From Chloroflexota bacterium (GTDB lineage Bacteria > Chloroflexota > UBA11872 > VXOZ01), in NCBI GenBank assembly GCA_963663275.1, contig OY760183.1:1088001-1152000 (forward strand): a stretch of 64,000 nt of DNA, in the 5' to 3' direction. Shown here one piece after another: positions 47,110 to 57,418 of this stretch (within the stretch, counting starts at the first letter, position 1; every line of letters starts with the position of its first letter). The notes below the pieces were generated by a model that did not search any database, was not told the DNA's origin, and saw nothing but the letters and a program-made list of their open reading frames with translations. Both the position numbers and the translations under genes were made by a program.

Positions 47110-47964
47110 GTGGAGATTTCCTGGTACGGCAACGGATGTTTCCGCTTGCGCAGCCAGCTAGGGACGGTGATTGCCGACCCATACCCGCCCACCCCCGCGC
47201 TTCGACCGCCCAAGTTCACCGCCGGCATCGTCACGCTCAGCGATCCCACCCTCTGCGACGACACCGCCGTCACCCGGGCGAACGACTGCATCCGTCTCGC
47301 CGGGCCGGGCGAGTACGAAATCGGCGGCATCTTCATCTGGGGCGTGCCTATGGACGGGCGCGGCCAGTCCTCCACAGACTCGCAGGCGCCGGCTCACGCG
47401 CCGGTGACGGCCTTCGTCTTCGAACTGGAAGGCACGACGGTCTGCCACCTGGGCCTGCCGCGGCAGATGCCGTCCGCCGCGCAGATCGAGGACATTGGCA
47501 ACGTGGACGTGCTGCTGCTGCCGGTGGGCGGGCCGGAGCGGATCGGCGTGCAAGCGGTGTCGGATCTGGCCAGCGAACTTGAGCCGAAGGCGCTGATTCC
47601 GATGTACTACAGCCTGCCGGACGCGCCCGATGACCGTTTTCACGCGCTGGGGCGGTTGGCGCGCGAACTGGGCACGAAATTGCCGGAACCGCAAACCTCG
47701 CTCAATACGCGCCGCCGGGGCGGGTTGGGCCAGAATACCTTGGTCGTGCTGGAATGCCGGGCGCAAATCCGCCGCGAAACCGGCGCGCCAGGGCGCGAAA
47801 CCGGCGCGCAGAGCCGCGAGGCCGCCGCGCAGAGCCGCGAGGCCGCCGCGCAGAGCCGCGAAACCGGCGCGCCAGGGCGCGAAACCGGCGCGCAGAGCCG
47901 CGAGGCCGCCGCGCAGAGCCGCGAGGCCGCCGCGCAGAGCCGCGAAACCGCCGCGCGGAAGTAA
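47110..47964 (+). CDS. MBL-fold (Lactamase_B_3-like) protein with degenerate metal ligands and repeat tail
   Basis: MEISWYG..CFRL, ADP, GPGEYEIGGI, VDVLLLPVGG, EPK..IPM.Y. Confidence 0.8.
   Translation: MEISWYGNGCFRLRSQLGTVIADPYPPTPALRPPKFTAGIVTLSDPTLCDDTAVTRANDCIRLAGPGEYEIGGIFIWGVPMDGRGQSSTDSQAPAHAPVTAFVFELEGTTVCHLGLPRQMPSAAQIEDIGNVDVLLLPVGGPERIGVQAVSDLASELEPKALIPMYYSLPDAPDDRFHALGRLARELGTKLPEPQTSLNTRRRGGLGQNTLVVLECRAQIRRETGAPGRETGAQSREAAAQSREAAAQSRETGAPGRETGAQSREAAAQSREAAAQSRETAARK
47773..47955 (+). repeat. Coding 21-bp VNTR with 84-bp higher-order duplication
   Basis: Eight full units plus a partial, encoding RETGAPG/RETGAQS/REAAAQS/REAAAQS twice. Confidence 0.95.
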
Positions 47965-47972
47965 GGAGAGCG

Positions 47973-49700
47973 ATGAGAGACAAGCGGCGCAATGCCAAGC
48001 ACATCTTCGTAACCGGCGGCGTCGTCTCCTCCGTGGGCAAAGGCGTGGCCGTGGCCGCCATCGGGCGCCTGCTCAAGAGCCGGGGCATCCGCGTCTCCAT
48101 CCAGAAGCTCGACCCCTACTTCAACGTCGATCCCGGCACCATGAGCCCCTACCAGCACGGCGAGGTGTTCGTGACGGAAGACGGCGCGGAAACCGACCTG
48201 GACCTGGGCCATTACGAGCGCTTCATCGACGAGCACCTCACCCGCGAGAGCAACGTGACCGCGGGCCAGGTGTTCGAGCACGTAATCGAGAAGGAGCGGC
48301 GCGGCGACTTCCTGGGCGGCACGGTGCAGATGATCCCCCACGTCACGGGTGAGATTCGCGAACGCATCATGCGCGTGGGAGAAACCTCCAACGCCGAGGT
48401 GGTAATCGTGGAGGTGGGCGGCACGGTGGGCGATTACGAGAGCCTGCCCTTCATCGAGAGCATCCGCCAACTCCGGCGCAGCCTTGGCAGAGAGAACATC
48501 TTCTACATCCACGTAACCTTGCTTCCCCACATCGCCACCACCGGCGAGTTGAAGACGAAACCCACCCAGCACAGCGTGCAGGAACTGCGGCGTCTCGGCA
48601 TTCAGCCCGATATGATCATCTGCCGCTCCGACTATGAAATGCCGCCGGAACTGCGCGAGAAGATTGCGCTCTTCTGCGACGTGGACGAACCGTCCGTCAT
48701 CCCGCTGGTCACCTTCTCCTCCATCTACGAGGTGCCGCTCTACCTGGAGAATATCGGCGTCGGCGCGGTGCTGGCGCAGTCCCTGCGCCTGCCGGAGCGG
48801 GCGCCGGACCTATCCGTCTGGGAAGAGATCGTGGCGCACGTCAACGGCTACTACCGTCCGTTGCGCATAGCCATCGTTGGTAAGTACACGCAGATGCCGG
48901 ACGCCTACCTGAGCGTGGCGGAGGCCCTGCGGCACGCCTGCATCGCGCATAGGGCGCACCTGGACCTGAAGTGGGTGAACGCCGAGGACGTGGAAGCGGA
49001 TGGGCCGGAAGCGCACCTGGGCGACGTGCGCGGCATTGTGGTGCCGGGTGGCTTTGGCCCGCGCGGCATCGAGGGCAAGATTGCGGCGGCGCGCTTCGCC
49101 CGCGAAAACGCAATTCCCTACCTGGGCCTGTGCCTCGGCTTGCAGGTTGCCGTCATCGAGTGCGCCCGCGCGGTGTTGGGCGCGCAGGCCAACAGCACCG
49201 AATTCGACCCGGATACCCCGCTGCCGGTAATCGACCAGATGGAGAGCCAACGCGGCATAACCCGCAAGGGCGGCACCATGCGGCTGGGCGCGTACCCGTG
49301 CGCGCTGGAACCGGGCACGCTTGCCGCCGCGGCCTACGGCGAGTCCCTGGTGCATGAGCGCCACCGCCACCGCTGGGAGGTGAACGACCGCTACAAGGAC
49401 GCGCTGGCGGCCCATGGCTTCCGGGTGAGCGGCGTCTGGCCGGAAGGCGGCTTGGCGGAAATCATGGAACGGACCGACCACCCCTTCTTCCTGGGCAGCC
49501 AGTTTCACCCGGAGTTCAAGTCCCGCCCCAACCGCCCCCACCCGCTCTTCGCGGCCTTCGTCCAAGCCGGCAAACAGGTGCACCTGGAAGGCGACCAGGA
49601 ACCCCTGCCCATCGGCGCAAACGACGACACGCTCCCCCCACCCCCGGCGCTGGACCCGGAGGATGAGGAATATCCGGTACCCAGCGGCCGGTTGCCGTAG
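47973..49700 (+). CDS. pyrG: CTP synthase
   Basis: [57 protein letters not shown]. Confidence 0.98.
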   Translation: MRDKRRNAKHIFVTGGVVSSVGKGVAVAAIGRLLKSRGIRVSIQKLDPYFNVDPGTMSPYQHGEVFVTEDGAETDLDLGHYERFIDEHLTRESNVTAGQVFEHVIEKERRGDFLGGTVQMIPHVTGEIRERIMRVGETSNAEVVIVEVGGTVGDYESLPFIESIRQLRRSLGRENIFYIHVTLLPHIATTGELKTKPTQHSVQELRRLGIQPDMIICRSDYEMPPELREKIALFCDVDEPSVIPLVTFSSIYEVPLYLENIGVGAVLAQSLRLPERAPDLSVWEEIVAHVNGYYRPLRIAIVGKYTQMPDAYLSVAEALRHACIAHRAHLDLKWVNAEDVEADGPEAHLGDVRGIVVPGGFGPRGIEGKIAAARFARENAIPYLGLCLGLQVAVIECARAVLGAQANSTEFDPDTPLPVIDQMESQRGITRKGGTMRLGAYPCALEPGTLAAAAYGESLVHERHRHRWEVNDRYKDALAAHGFRVSGVWPEGGLAEIMERTDHPFFLGSQFHPEFKSRPNRPHPLFAAFVQAGKQVHLEGDQEPLPIGANDDTLPPPPALDPEDEEYPVPSGRLP

Positions 49701-49815
49701 GAGCGTGGGCAGTGTCCTGGCGCCAGTACGGCGTGGGGAAGGAGCGGTTGGGGTGAAATGTGACAGCGCGTTGCGTGGACACTTGTAGCGAGCCTAAAGC
49801 GCACCTCCGGAGAGA

Positions 49816-50847
49816 GTGATCATGGACGAACTTGGCGTAGCCGTTATCGGTCTTGGCGTGGGGCGCAGTCATTTGCGCGCCTATCGGCAGATACCCGGCG
49901 TGCGGATTGCGGCAGTCTGCGATACGGACGAGGAGCGCCTGGCGCAGGCGCGGGAGGAATTCGACGGCATCGCCGCGACGAGCGACGTGGAAGCGGCCGT
50001 GAGCCGGGACGACGTGCACGCGGTTTCGGTCTGCACGCCGGACCACCTGCACTACGAGCACTGTCTGGCCGCGCTGGCCCACGGCAAGCACGTCCTGTGC
50101 GAGAAGCCCATGACCGTCAACGAGGCGCACGCCTGGGACTTAGTGCAGCGAGTTGAAGCGGCCGACGTGCGGTTCGGCGTGGGCAACGTGAACCGCTTCG
50201 TGCCCCAGTTCGCGGCGCTGCATCAATTCGTGGATGAGGGACGGCTGGGCGAACTCTTTTTCGTGGAGAGCGACTACATCCACGACATGCGCGGGGTCTA
50301 CAAGCGCACGCCGTGGCGGAAAGACCCGGTGCATCCGCAGAACGCCTGGTACGGCGGCGGCGTACACCCCATGGATCTGGTCCGGTGGGTGGCCGGCGAC
50401 GTGGCCGAAATCACGCTCTACGCCAATAAATGCGCCAGCACACCGGAGTTTCCCCTGCCGGATACGTACATCGGCATCCTCAAGTTTGCGAACGGCTGTC
50501 TGGGCAAGGTGTGGGAGACGTCCGCCATCCGCCGCGTGCCGGGGCACGTGGTCAATTTCAACGCCTACGGCGCGGAAGGCACCATGCTCGCCAATACGCT
50601 GGATATGGAAGCGAAACTCTGGCTGAACTGGGGCATCGAGGGCCAGGCGGACGCCCAGATTCTCCCTTTCCGGCGCACCATCGGTCATCCGGTGCTGGAT
50701 GAACTCACGCACTTGGTTGATTGCATCCGCAGCGGCGCGACCCCATTGGTGGACGCCCTGGAAGGTGCGAAGACCGTGGCGACCCTGGCCGCGGGCCTGC
50801 GCTCGCTGGAGAGCGGCAAGCCGGAGACGGTGAATGCGGGGCCGTAG
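49816..50847 (+). CDS. Gfo/Idh/MocA family oxidoreductase
   Basis: AVIGLG, GKHVLCEKPM, GGVHPMDL. Confidence 0.92.
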   Translation: MIMDELGVAVIGLGVGRSHLRAYRQIPGVRIAAVCDTDEERLAQAREEFDGIAATSDVEAAVSRDDVHAVSVCTPDHLHYEHCLAALAHGKHVLCEKPMTVNEAHAWDLVQRVEAADVRFGVGNVNRFVPQFAALHQFVDEGRLGELFFVESDYIHDMRGVYKRTPWRKDPVHPQNAWYGGGVHPMDLVRWVAGDVAEITLYANKCASTPEFPLPDTYIGILKFANGCLGKVWETSAIRRVPGHVVNFNAYGAEGTMLANTLDMEAKLWLNWGIEGQADAQILPFRRTIGHPVLDELTHLVDCIRSGATPLVDALEGAKTVATLAAGLRSLESGKPETVNAGP

Positions 50848-50868
50848 GCGAGTGGCATATGCAAAGGC

Positions 50869-51455
50869 GTAGGGGCACGACATGTCGTGCCGGGTAGCGG
50901 CAAGCCGGAAAGGGTAACCACGAATCCCGGCGCGCACGGACGCTGAACACAATGGCATGCAATTATGGGTAGGGGCACGACATGTCGTGCCCCTACCCTT
51001 ATATGTGCTGAGTATGCGATTCTTCCCCTCACCCCGGCCCTCTCCCCAGGGAGAGGGAGAATTTTCGCCTCTCAGCGAGGTACCGCAAGGGTCTCTCCCG
51101 GGAGAGCTGACAGGGGTAGGCAAAACATGACTGTAGCTCTATGGTCCGTCCGGCCTCCACCTGTCATTCGGCCTCCATCTGTCATTCTGAGGAGCGCAGC
51201 GACGAAGAATCTAAAGTGTGTGCCAGCGCAAACCTACCGCCTTAGATTCTTCACTCCGCTCCGCTACGTTCAGAATGACAGTAGCCAAGTCGATTTTCCA
51301 TTGATTGCGAGTAGGTCGATAGCTGATTGCCTACCCCTGTCAGCCCCGGGAGAGGGAATAGCGCAAGCGTAGCGCGGGGGCTTGTCCCCCGCCTCTGGAT
51401 TCCGGCTTGCGCTGGCGAAATACATGTCTGGGCGCAGGTTGGAAACCTGCGCTAC
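50869..51455. repeat. Mixed REP/MITE cluster between convergent genes
   Basis: GTAGGGGCACGACATGTCGTGCC x2, CCCCTCACCCCGGCCCTCTCCCC hairpin, GTAG REP pair, nested MITE. Confidence 0.85.
51104..51346. mobile_element. GGGCTGACA-type MITE, second copy
   Basis: TIRs GAGCTGACAGGGGTAGGCA / TGCCTACCCCTGTCAGCCC; 5-bp duplication CGGGA (51099-51103, 51347-51351); internal GTCATTCTGAG..CAGAATGAC pair. Confidence 0.82.
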
Positions 51456-51529
51456 CGGAGCGAGAACGGCTCAATCAGCCGTTTTCTTTGCAGTGATGAA
51501 GCAACTCACCAACTGAGTACGCCCCAGAC

Positions 51530-52813
51530 TCAGACGAGCATCTGCGTGGCGACCTTCCAGAGCGCCTGCGCCACGTCGGCGCAATCGGCGTCGGTGTAGC
51601 CGGGCGCGATGGCGATGAGCACGGCGCGGGCCATGATTGATTCCGTGCGCGGGCAGAGGCCGGGGGCGTATTCCTGGGTGAGCGCGCCCACCGCCGGGCG
51701 GTAGTTTTGCAGCGCCTCGATCGTGTAGACCGGCTTGCCGCCGTAGACGTGCCGCGCCGGAATGCCCTCCGCGCGGAGCGCCTTCACGAACGGTCCGGTG
51801 TCGGCCGGATCATCCAAGAGCAGGCCGAGCGCCACGCCGGCGACGCCGTTGGGATCGGGCAGGCGGCGCGGCGTCACGCCGGGCAGTCCCTCGATATCGC
51901 TCTTGATGGTGTCGTGGGCGCGCCGCATCCGGTCGATGATGCCCGGCAGTTTGCGGAGTTGCGCCAGCGCCAGCGCCCCGGCCAGTTCGCCCATGCGGTA
52001 GACCTCGCCCGGAAAGGCGTCGAGTTGCGCCGGCGGGTAGGCGGTCAAGTCGCCCATGGTGTCGTCCGGCGCGCTCGTCTCGATAGTCATGCGCCCAAAG
52101 CGGTAGTTGCCGTGGTCGTGGTAGCGCACGGCCCGCTCGAACATCGCCGGGTCGCTGGTGGTCACGATGCCGCCCTCGCCCGCGGTGATGATCTTGTTCA
52201 CCTGGAGGCTGAACGCGCCCACGTCGCCCCAGGCGCCAATTGGCCTGTCCTTGTAGGCCGTGCCCGCCGACTGGGCGCAGTCCTCGATCACGCGCAGATC
52301 GTGCCGCCGCGCGATTTCCATGATGGTATCCATCTCCGCCGCGACGCCGCTGGTGTGCACCGGCATGATGGCGCGGGTGCGGGACGTGATGCGGTTCTCG
52401 ATGTCGTGGGGGTCGAGGGTGTACGATTCATCGATGTCGGCGAAGACCGGAATCGCGTGATGCGCCGCGACGGTGCCGGGCGAGGCGATGAAGGTAAGCG
52501 CCGGCACGATGACCTCGTCGCCGGGCGCGATGTCCAGCGCCTTCAATCCTACTTTCAAGGCCGCGGTGCCCGAGGTCACGCCCAGCGCGTAGGACGCGCC
52601 CATCATGCGGGCGGCCTCGTGCTCCAGGGCCGTTACCTTGTCCGGCTCGTTGACGCCGTAGAAGCGGAACGGCGCGCGCTTCTCCAGCACGTCCAGCACA
52701 AGTTCGCGTTCCTCATCGCCGATGAGCCGCGCGCCGGGATAGCCGGTCTCCAGCGGGGCCGCGCGCACCGGCTCGCCGCCGTCTACGGCCAGGCGTTCGA
52801 TTTTCGTTGCCAT
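51530..52813 (-). CDS. DegT/DnrJ/EryC1/StrS family PLP aminotransferase
   Basis: TSGTAAL, EDCAQ, SLQVNKIITAGEGG, YRMGEL; start MATKIE. Confidence 0.93.
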   Translation of the reverse strand: MATKIERLAVDGGEPVRAAPLETGYPGARLIGDEERELVLDVLEKRAPFRFYGVNEPDKVTALEHEAARMMGASYALGVTSGTAALKVGLKALDIAPGDEVIVPALTFIASPGTVAAHHAIPVFADIDESYTLDPHDIENRITSRTRAIMPVHTSGVAAEMDTIMEIARRHDLRVIEDCAQSAGTAYKDRPIGAWGDVGAFSLQVNKIITAGEGGIVTTSDPAMFERAVRYHDHGNYRFGRMTIETSAPDDTMGDLTAYPPAQLDAFPGEVYRMGELAGALALAQLRKLPGIIDRMRRAHDTIKSDIEGLPGVTPRRLPDPNGVAGVALGLLLDDPADTGPFVKALRAEGIPARHVYGGKPVYTIEALQNYRPAVGALTQEYAPGLCPRTESIMARAVLIAIAPGYTDADCADVAQALWKVATQMLV

Positions 52814-52912
52814 GTTCCTCTTCTCCTGTCGGTTGATTGCGGCCGCCGCTCTGCGCTCACCATCGGGACGCGCCCGCGGCAGGGGCGCAACCACGGGTGG
52901 GGTGCGCCCGTG

Positions 52913-52940
52913 GTAGGGGCACGACATGTCGTGCCCCTAC
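52913..52940. repeat. GTAG REP palindrome
   Basis: GTAGGGGCACGACATGTCGTGCCCCTAC. Confidence 0.85.
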
Positions 52941-53049
52941 CACGGTTCATGGATCATCGTTGGCGTATCAGATCTCCCGCATTGCCGTCATTCCCGTGGA
53001 ATATCGCTCTTGCGGCGGACGCGGATTTCATCTCTGGTCCCTTCCAACT

Positions 53050-53189
53050 GAGACTCTTGCGTAACTTCGTCATTCCGGTGAAAGCCGGATTCCAGGGCAC
53101 TCTTGCAACTAAAAGCAGCATGAAGTCAAGCCATTTCACCCCCATCCCAACCTTCCCCATCGAGGGGGAAGGGGCTATGAAGAGGTCTC
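53050..53189. mobile_element. GAGAC-type MITE, inverted orientation, inside a GTCA(T/C) REP pair
   Basis: Ends GAGACTCTTGC / GAAGAGGTCTC; exact 5-bp duplication CAACT (53045-53049, 53190-53194). Confidence 0.75.
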
Positions 53190-53254
53190 CAACTGGACTC
53201 CGGCTTCCGCCGGAGTGACGGGTTGACCCACCGATTAGGTGGATGAAAGGCGAT

Positions 53255-54109
53255 CTACCGCTTCTTGGTGTGCAGATGCTTATCCTTCAAGATAACCTTC
53301 TCCGCCGTGCCGCCCATGATGGCCGTGCGTTGCTCGTCGCTCATGGGGAACTCGCGCAGGAACTCCACCTGCGGCAGCGGTTGCCAGGGATGGAGGTAGT
53401 CGGTGCCGAGCATGAGCTTTTGCCAATTGCGCTGGATGAAGCCTTCGGTAAAGTCCAGGTCGCGGGAAATGGCGTTGTAGCCGGAGCCGGCCGAAAGGTC
53501 GCCGTACATGTTGGGGTATTCCTGCAAGAGGCGTTCCGTGCTGCCGCCGGGTACGACCTTGCCCGGGGGATAGCCGATCCTGCTGGCGCGCTTGAAGTCG
53601 GCGGAGATTTCCGCCCACCACGCCGGGCCGTGACCCATGAAGATGGTATTCGGGCATTCCTTGAGCACGCGCTCCATGCCCGGTTGGCCGTCCTCGTCGG
53701 TGCAGAGATTCAGGTCCAGGTGCAGCATCACCGGCAGGTCGAACTCGCCGGCGAGGGAGAAAAGCTCGATGCTGCGGGGATCGTCGATCGCCAGGCCGTT
53801 CTTGTGCTCGCCAAAGCCCATGATGCCGCGCGCGAGCATTCTTTCCAGCAACATGCGCTTGTTCACGGAGTTGCGCGGATCGATGACGCCAAACGGGATG
53901 AACCGCTCCGGGTACCGCCGCCAATCTTCCAACGCCTCTGCCGTCAGGAAGTACTCCGGAAACGATTCCGGACTCTCCAGCGGCAGCAGCACCGACATAT
54001 CCACGCCCATCTTGTCCATGCGGTTCACCATCTGGTCCGCCGACATGGTGATGGCGTTGCCCATACTCCACCGCCCGCGGCACGTGTGCGTGTGGACATC
54101 GATAACCAT
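53255..54109 (-). CDS. Amidohydrolase family protein (Amidohydro_2)
   Basis: IDVHTH, GFGEHK, PVMLH, MGHG, GDLSA, LGTD. Confidence 0.9.
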   Translation of the reverse strand: MVIDVHTHTCRGRWSMGNAITMSADQMVNRMDKMGVDMSVLLPLESPESFPEYFLTAEALEDWRRYPERFIPFGVIDPRNSVNKRMLLERMLARGIMGFGEHKNGLAIDDPRSIELFSLAGEFDLPVMLHLDLNLCTDEDGQPGMERVLKECPNTIFMGHGPAWWAEISADFKRASRIGYPPGKVVPGGSTERLLQEYPNMYGDLSAGSGYNAISRDLDFTEGFIQRNWQKLMLGTDYLHPWQPLPQVEFLREFPMSDEQRTAIMGGTAEKVILKDKHLHTKKR

Positions 54110-54477
54110 GGTGTGCAATTACCTCCAAAGTGATTCATACCGGGTTTCCTGCGTTTGCCGTTGCTCGCGTTGTTAGGAGTATACCGTATTCGGTCGATTG
54201 GTTTGGCGTACGGGTATTGCGCAAGACCCCCATGAACAAGCTTGCTACGATGACTGCAGAAGCGCCTCTGATACAATCGTACGCGGGCGGCTATATGCTT
54301 TGGGCCAAATCAACCCGCAATGCCTCCGTTCACGCTTCGACAGGCTCAGCGTGAACGGACGAATCGTTACGAAGTCTCTCACGGCCATCCGCCGGTTGTT
54401 CTTTCAGACAACCACAAGCGCAAAGCGGGCAAGGCGGCCTCTTTCAGCGACCAAACATTCCATGGAGTAAGCACACC

Positions 54478-55551
54478 GTGAATAAACTCGATCTCCCAAC
54501 CCCGGCGCTTTGCATCGATATGGAGGCGGTCGGCCACAATCTACGCGCCATGCAGGATTTCGCCAACGGCGCCGGAGTTGACCTGCGCCCTCACGCTAAG
54601 ACGCACAAGCACCCGTTCTTTGCCCACATGCAGCTAGGCCACGGCGCGGTGGGCGTCTGCGTGGCGAAACTCAGTGAGGCGGAAGTGATGGTGGCGGGCG
54701 GCGTCAAGGACATTCTCGTCACCAACGAGATTGCCGATCCGCGCAAGTTGCGCCAACTGGCGGGGCTGGCGCACTACGCCGCCATCACGCTGGCGGTGGA
54801 TAGCCTGCCGTGCGCCGCGGCCGCCGCGCGCGCCGCCATGGACGCGGGCGCCACGCTGCGGCTGCTCATCGAGGTGGACAGCGGCTCGCAACGCTGCGGC
54901 ACGGCCCCCGGTGAACCCACGCTGGCGCTGGCGCGGGGCATCATGGAACTGGAAAGCGTGGAGTTTGCGGGCGTGATGGGCTACGAGGGCCACTGCATGT
55001 TCATCGAGGACGCGGATGAACGCCGGCGGATGGCGCAAGCCGACCAGGAGAAACTTGTGGGCACCGCCGAGTTGATCCGTGCTCACGGCATTCCCGTGGA
55101 GACCGTCTCCGCCGCCGGCACCGGCACCTACGACGTCACCGGCGCCTATCCGGGCATCACCGAACTTCAGCCCGGTTCCTACGTCTTCATGGACGGGCGC
55201 TACCGTCCGCTGCGGCCTGAGTTTCGCTGCGCGCTCACCGTGATTTGCACCGTGATCAGCCGCCCCACACCGGAGCGCGTGGTGGTGGACGTGGGCATGA
55301 AGTCGCTCACCAATGAGTTCGGCATGCCGCAGGTGCTCGGCATCCCGAACGCCGACTTCTATAGGGAAGGCGAGGAAAACGCCTGCATCCGCCTGGAAGA
55401 TACCGGCCACCCCATCCGCCCCGGCGATCCGGTGGAACTCCTGCCCATGCACGGCGACACCACGATTGCCGTCCACGACGAGTACCACCTCTGCCACGGC
55501 GACGAGGTGGTGATGACGCTGCCGATATTGGGCCGCGGAAAGTTTCACTGA
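54478..55551 (+). CDS. D-threonine aldolase/DSD1-like PLP enzyme (fold type III)
   Basis: LPTPAL, LRPHAKTHK, RCG, MGYEGH, ELQPGSYVFMD. Confidence 0.9.
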   Translation: MNKLDLPTPALCIDMEAVGHNLRAMQDFANGAGVDLRPHAKTHKHPFFAHMQLGHGAVGVCVAKLSEAEVMVAGGVKDILVTNEIADPRKLRQLAGLAHYAAITLAVDSLPCAAAAARAAMDAGATLRLLIEVDSGSQRCGTAPGEPTLALARGIMELESVEFAGVMGYEGHCMFIEDADERRRMAQADQEKLVGTAELIRAHGIPVETVSAAGTGTYDVTGAYPGITELQPGSYVFMDGRYRPLRPEFRCALTVICTVISRPTPERVVVDVGMKSLTNEFGMPQVLGIPNADFYREGEENACIRLEDTGHPIRPGDPVELLPMHGDTTIAVHDEYHLCHGDEVVMTLPILGRGKFH

Positions 55552-55759
55552 TCAATTGGAGGGCGGGCTAACGCCTGTTGGCAGTAAGTCTGACGCGGGC
55601 GCATCTCGCCTTGCCCAACGCAGCACGCGACAAGCTGCGCGGGCCTGTAGAATCTTCGTCTCCTGGCAGGATTGCGGCGTTGCTGACCTCTCGGGGCGCG
55701 TTAGGAATCGTGTGGTAGAATGCTACTATGAAAGGGCGTATTCGCAAGAGGATAGCACC

Positions 55760-56224
55760 ATGGAACACGATGCCAGAAGCGTAGCCAATGAACTGCTGCG
55801 CCGCGCAAGCGACGCCAACAGCCCGATTACGCACTTGAAGGTCATGAAGTTGGTGTACTTCTCCCATGCGTGGATGCTTGGCCTCTATCATGAACCGCTG
55901 CAGTTTCAACCGGTTGAGGCGTGGCGCTACGGCCCGGTCGTGCGCGACGTGTACCGCAGTCTGCGGCGTTACGGCGGCGAGCCGATCAACCGCCCGATCA
56001 GCATTGCGGATGAAGAGTACAGCCCTACCCAGAAGGACCTCATGGATCAAGTTTGGAAAGTCTACGGAAAGTACACTGCCAGACAGTTGTCCGCAATTAC
56101 CCATGCTCCCGGAACTCCCTGGCACCAAGTTTGGCATCAATGGGGTAAGAGCGCCGTAATACCTGATCCTATGATTGAAGCGTATTACGCTGGTCTCTAC
56201 GATCAATCCACAAGAGAATCATGA
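55760..56224 (+). CDS. Panacea domain (DUF4065, SocA/GepA-like) antitoxin
   Basis: VANELL, THLKVMKLVY, EAWRYGPVV..VY, L..ITH..GTPW. Confidence 0.92.
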   Translation: MEHDARSVANELLRRASDANSPITHLKVMKLVYFSHAWMLGLYHEPLQFQPVEAWRYGPVVRDVYRSLRRYGGEPINRPISIADEEYSPTQKDLMDQVWKVYGKYTARQLSAITHAPGTPWHQVWHQWGKSAVIPDPMIEAYYAGLYDQSTRES

Positions 56225-56580
56225 GTAAACAGGTCCCGGATGTAACGCAGCCAATTCCGGAAGGCGATGAGCCCCGTGAAGAAGACTCATTCAGCAGAGG
56301 TTCGATTGAGGAGAGGCTCGAAGCCGGAGAGTTTCAGCGATCGGAGAGACTCAGGAATGCTTTGAATGACGGCATTGTCTATGTTGCGATAGTCGCCCCG
56401 TATTTCCTGGCAGCTATCGGCGCGGTGCTTATGGTCGTCATGCTCTGGCACTACATAGGCCGTGAAGAGTGGACGTGGATGACGGCGCAGCAGGTCGACA
56501 AGGTGGAAGCGGCGTTCGGCGGGGGGATATTGTCGGCGCTCTTCATCGTTTTCAGAGACTATGTAGCGCGAAGAAAGTAG
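56221..56580 (+). CDS. Small two-TM membrane protein, candidate PanT toxin
   Basis: ATGA overlap with Panacea gene; acidic N-terminus followed by two hydrophobic helices. Confidence 0.7.
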   Translation: MSKQVPDVTQPIPEGDEPREEDSFSRGSIEERLEAGEFQRSERLRNALNDGIVYVAIVAPYFLAAIGAVLMVVMLWHYIGREEWTWMTAQQVDKVEAAFGGGILSALFIVFRDYVARRK

Positions 56581-56766
56581 CCTGCCAGCGTTCCTTCAAT
56601 AGGCTTCTCTATTTGCACGGAAATCCTTGCTTATGTTTTGCTTCCCTTCCGTTCTATGGAGACAGCGCCGTTTGCCGCGCTGTGGGAATGGAATAGCCGT
56701 CTGTCCTCAATCGGTATTGATACGGACCGCGGCCGGCACGTGGCCCAGATGAGAAGAGGCGCGTAC

Positions 56767-57363
56767 GTGAATAGCAGTATTCCGCATTTGCCCGTTGTCG
56801 TCGGCATTACGGCGGCCAGTGGCGCGGCGTTGACGGAGCGTTGCGTGACGTGGCTTGCCGGACACGGCGTGCCGCTCTACGTGACGTGCAGCAACAACGG
56901 CCGGCTGGTCTGGCGGCAGGAGTTGGACGAGTCGCTGGAAGACGCCGCCGCGCGCTGGTCGGACCATGGTGACGTAACGGTGGTGGACGTAGGCGACGAG
57001 GCCGCGCTGATTGCCAGCGGCAGCCTGCTTACGGCGGGCATGATCATCGTGCCGTGCAGCACCGGCTCGGCGGCGGCGATTGCCAACGGCATTTGCACGA
57101 ACGTGCTGCACCGCGCGGCGGAAGTGACCCTGAAAGAAAAGCGGCCCCTGGTGCTCATGCCCCGTGAGACCCCGCTCTCGGCAATTCACCTGGAATCCTG
57201 GCTCAAGCTCGCCCGGCTCGGCGTGACCATCGTGCCGCCCATGCTCACCTTCTACAACCACCCCCGCAACATCCAGGACATGGTGGACTTCAGCGTGGGC
57301 CGCGCGCTGACGCTGCTGGGGTTCCCGGAGGCCTTGCCGGATCATCTGAGGTACCACCGCTAG
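56767..57363 (+). CDS. ubiX: Flavin prenyltransferase
   Basis: VVGITAASG, IASGS, VPCS, RAAEVTLKEKRPLVLMPRETPL, FY.HP. Confidence 0.9.
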   Translation: MNSSIPHLPVVVGITAASGAALTERCVTWLAGHGVPLYVTCSNNGRLVWRQELDESLEDAAARWSDHGDVTVVDVGDEAALIASGSLLTAGMIIVPCSTGSAAAIANGICTNVLHRAAEVTLKEKRPLVLMPRETPLSAIHLESWLKLARLGVTIVPPMLTFYNHPRNIQDMVDFSVGRALTLLGFPEALPDHLRYHR

Positions 57364-57418
57364 CGGGACTCCTGCCGCGCAAGCGGCAGACATGCTGCCT
57401 GCGCGGGAGATCTGCCGC

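Noticed and set aside
47754-47972. Arg-rich repeat N-terminus on PyrG
   Set aside because: Alternate-frame reading of the upstream gene's VNTR; AAGGAG SD supports the ATG at 47973
49816-55551. Aminosugar or secondary-metabolite cluster (Gfo, DegT, amidohydrolase, PLP aldolase)
   Set aside because: Genes are in mixed orientations, separated by repeat fields, and belong to commonly expanded families; no core biosynthetic enzyme
56767-57363. ubiX as part of the Panacea cassette, or notable for lacking ubiD
   Set aside because: Separated by about 190 bp with host-like codon usage; unlinked ubiX and ubiD are common
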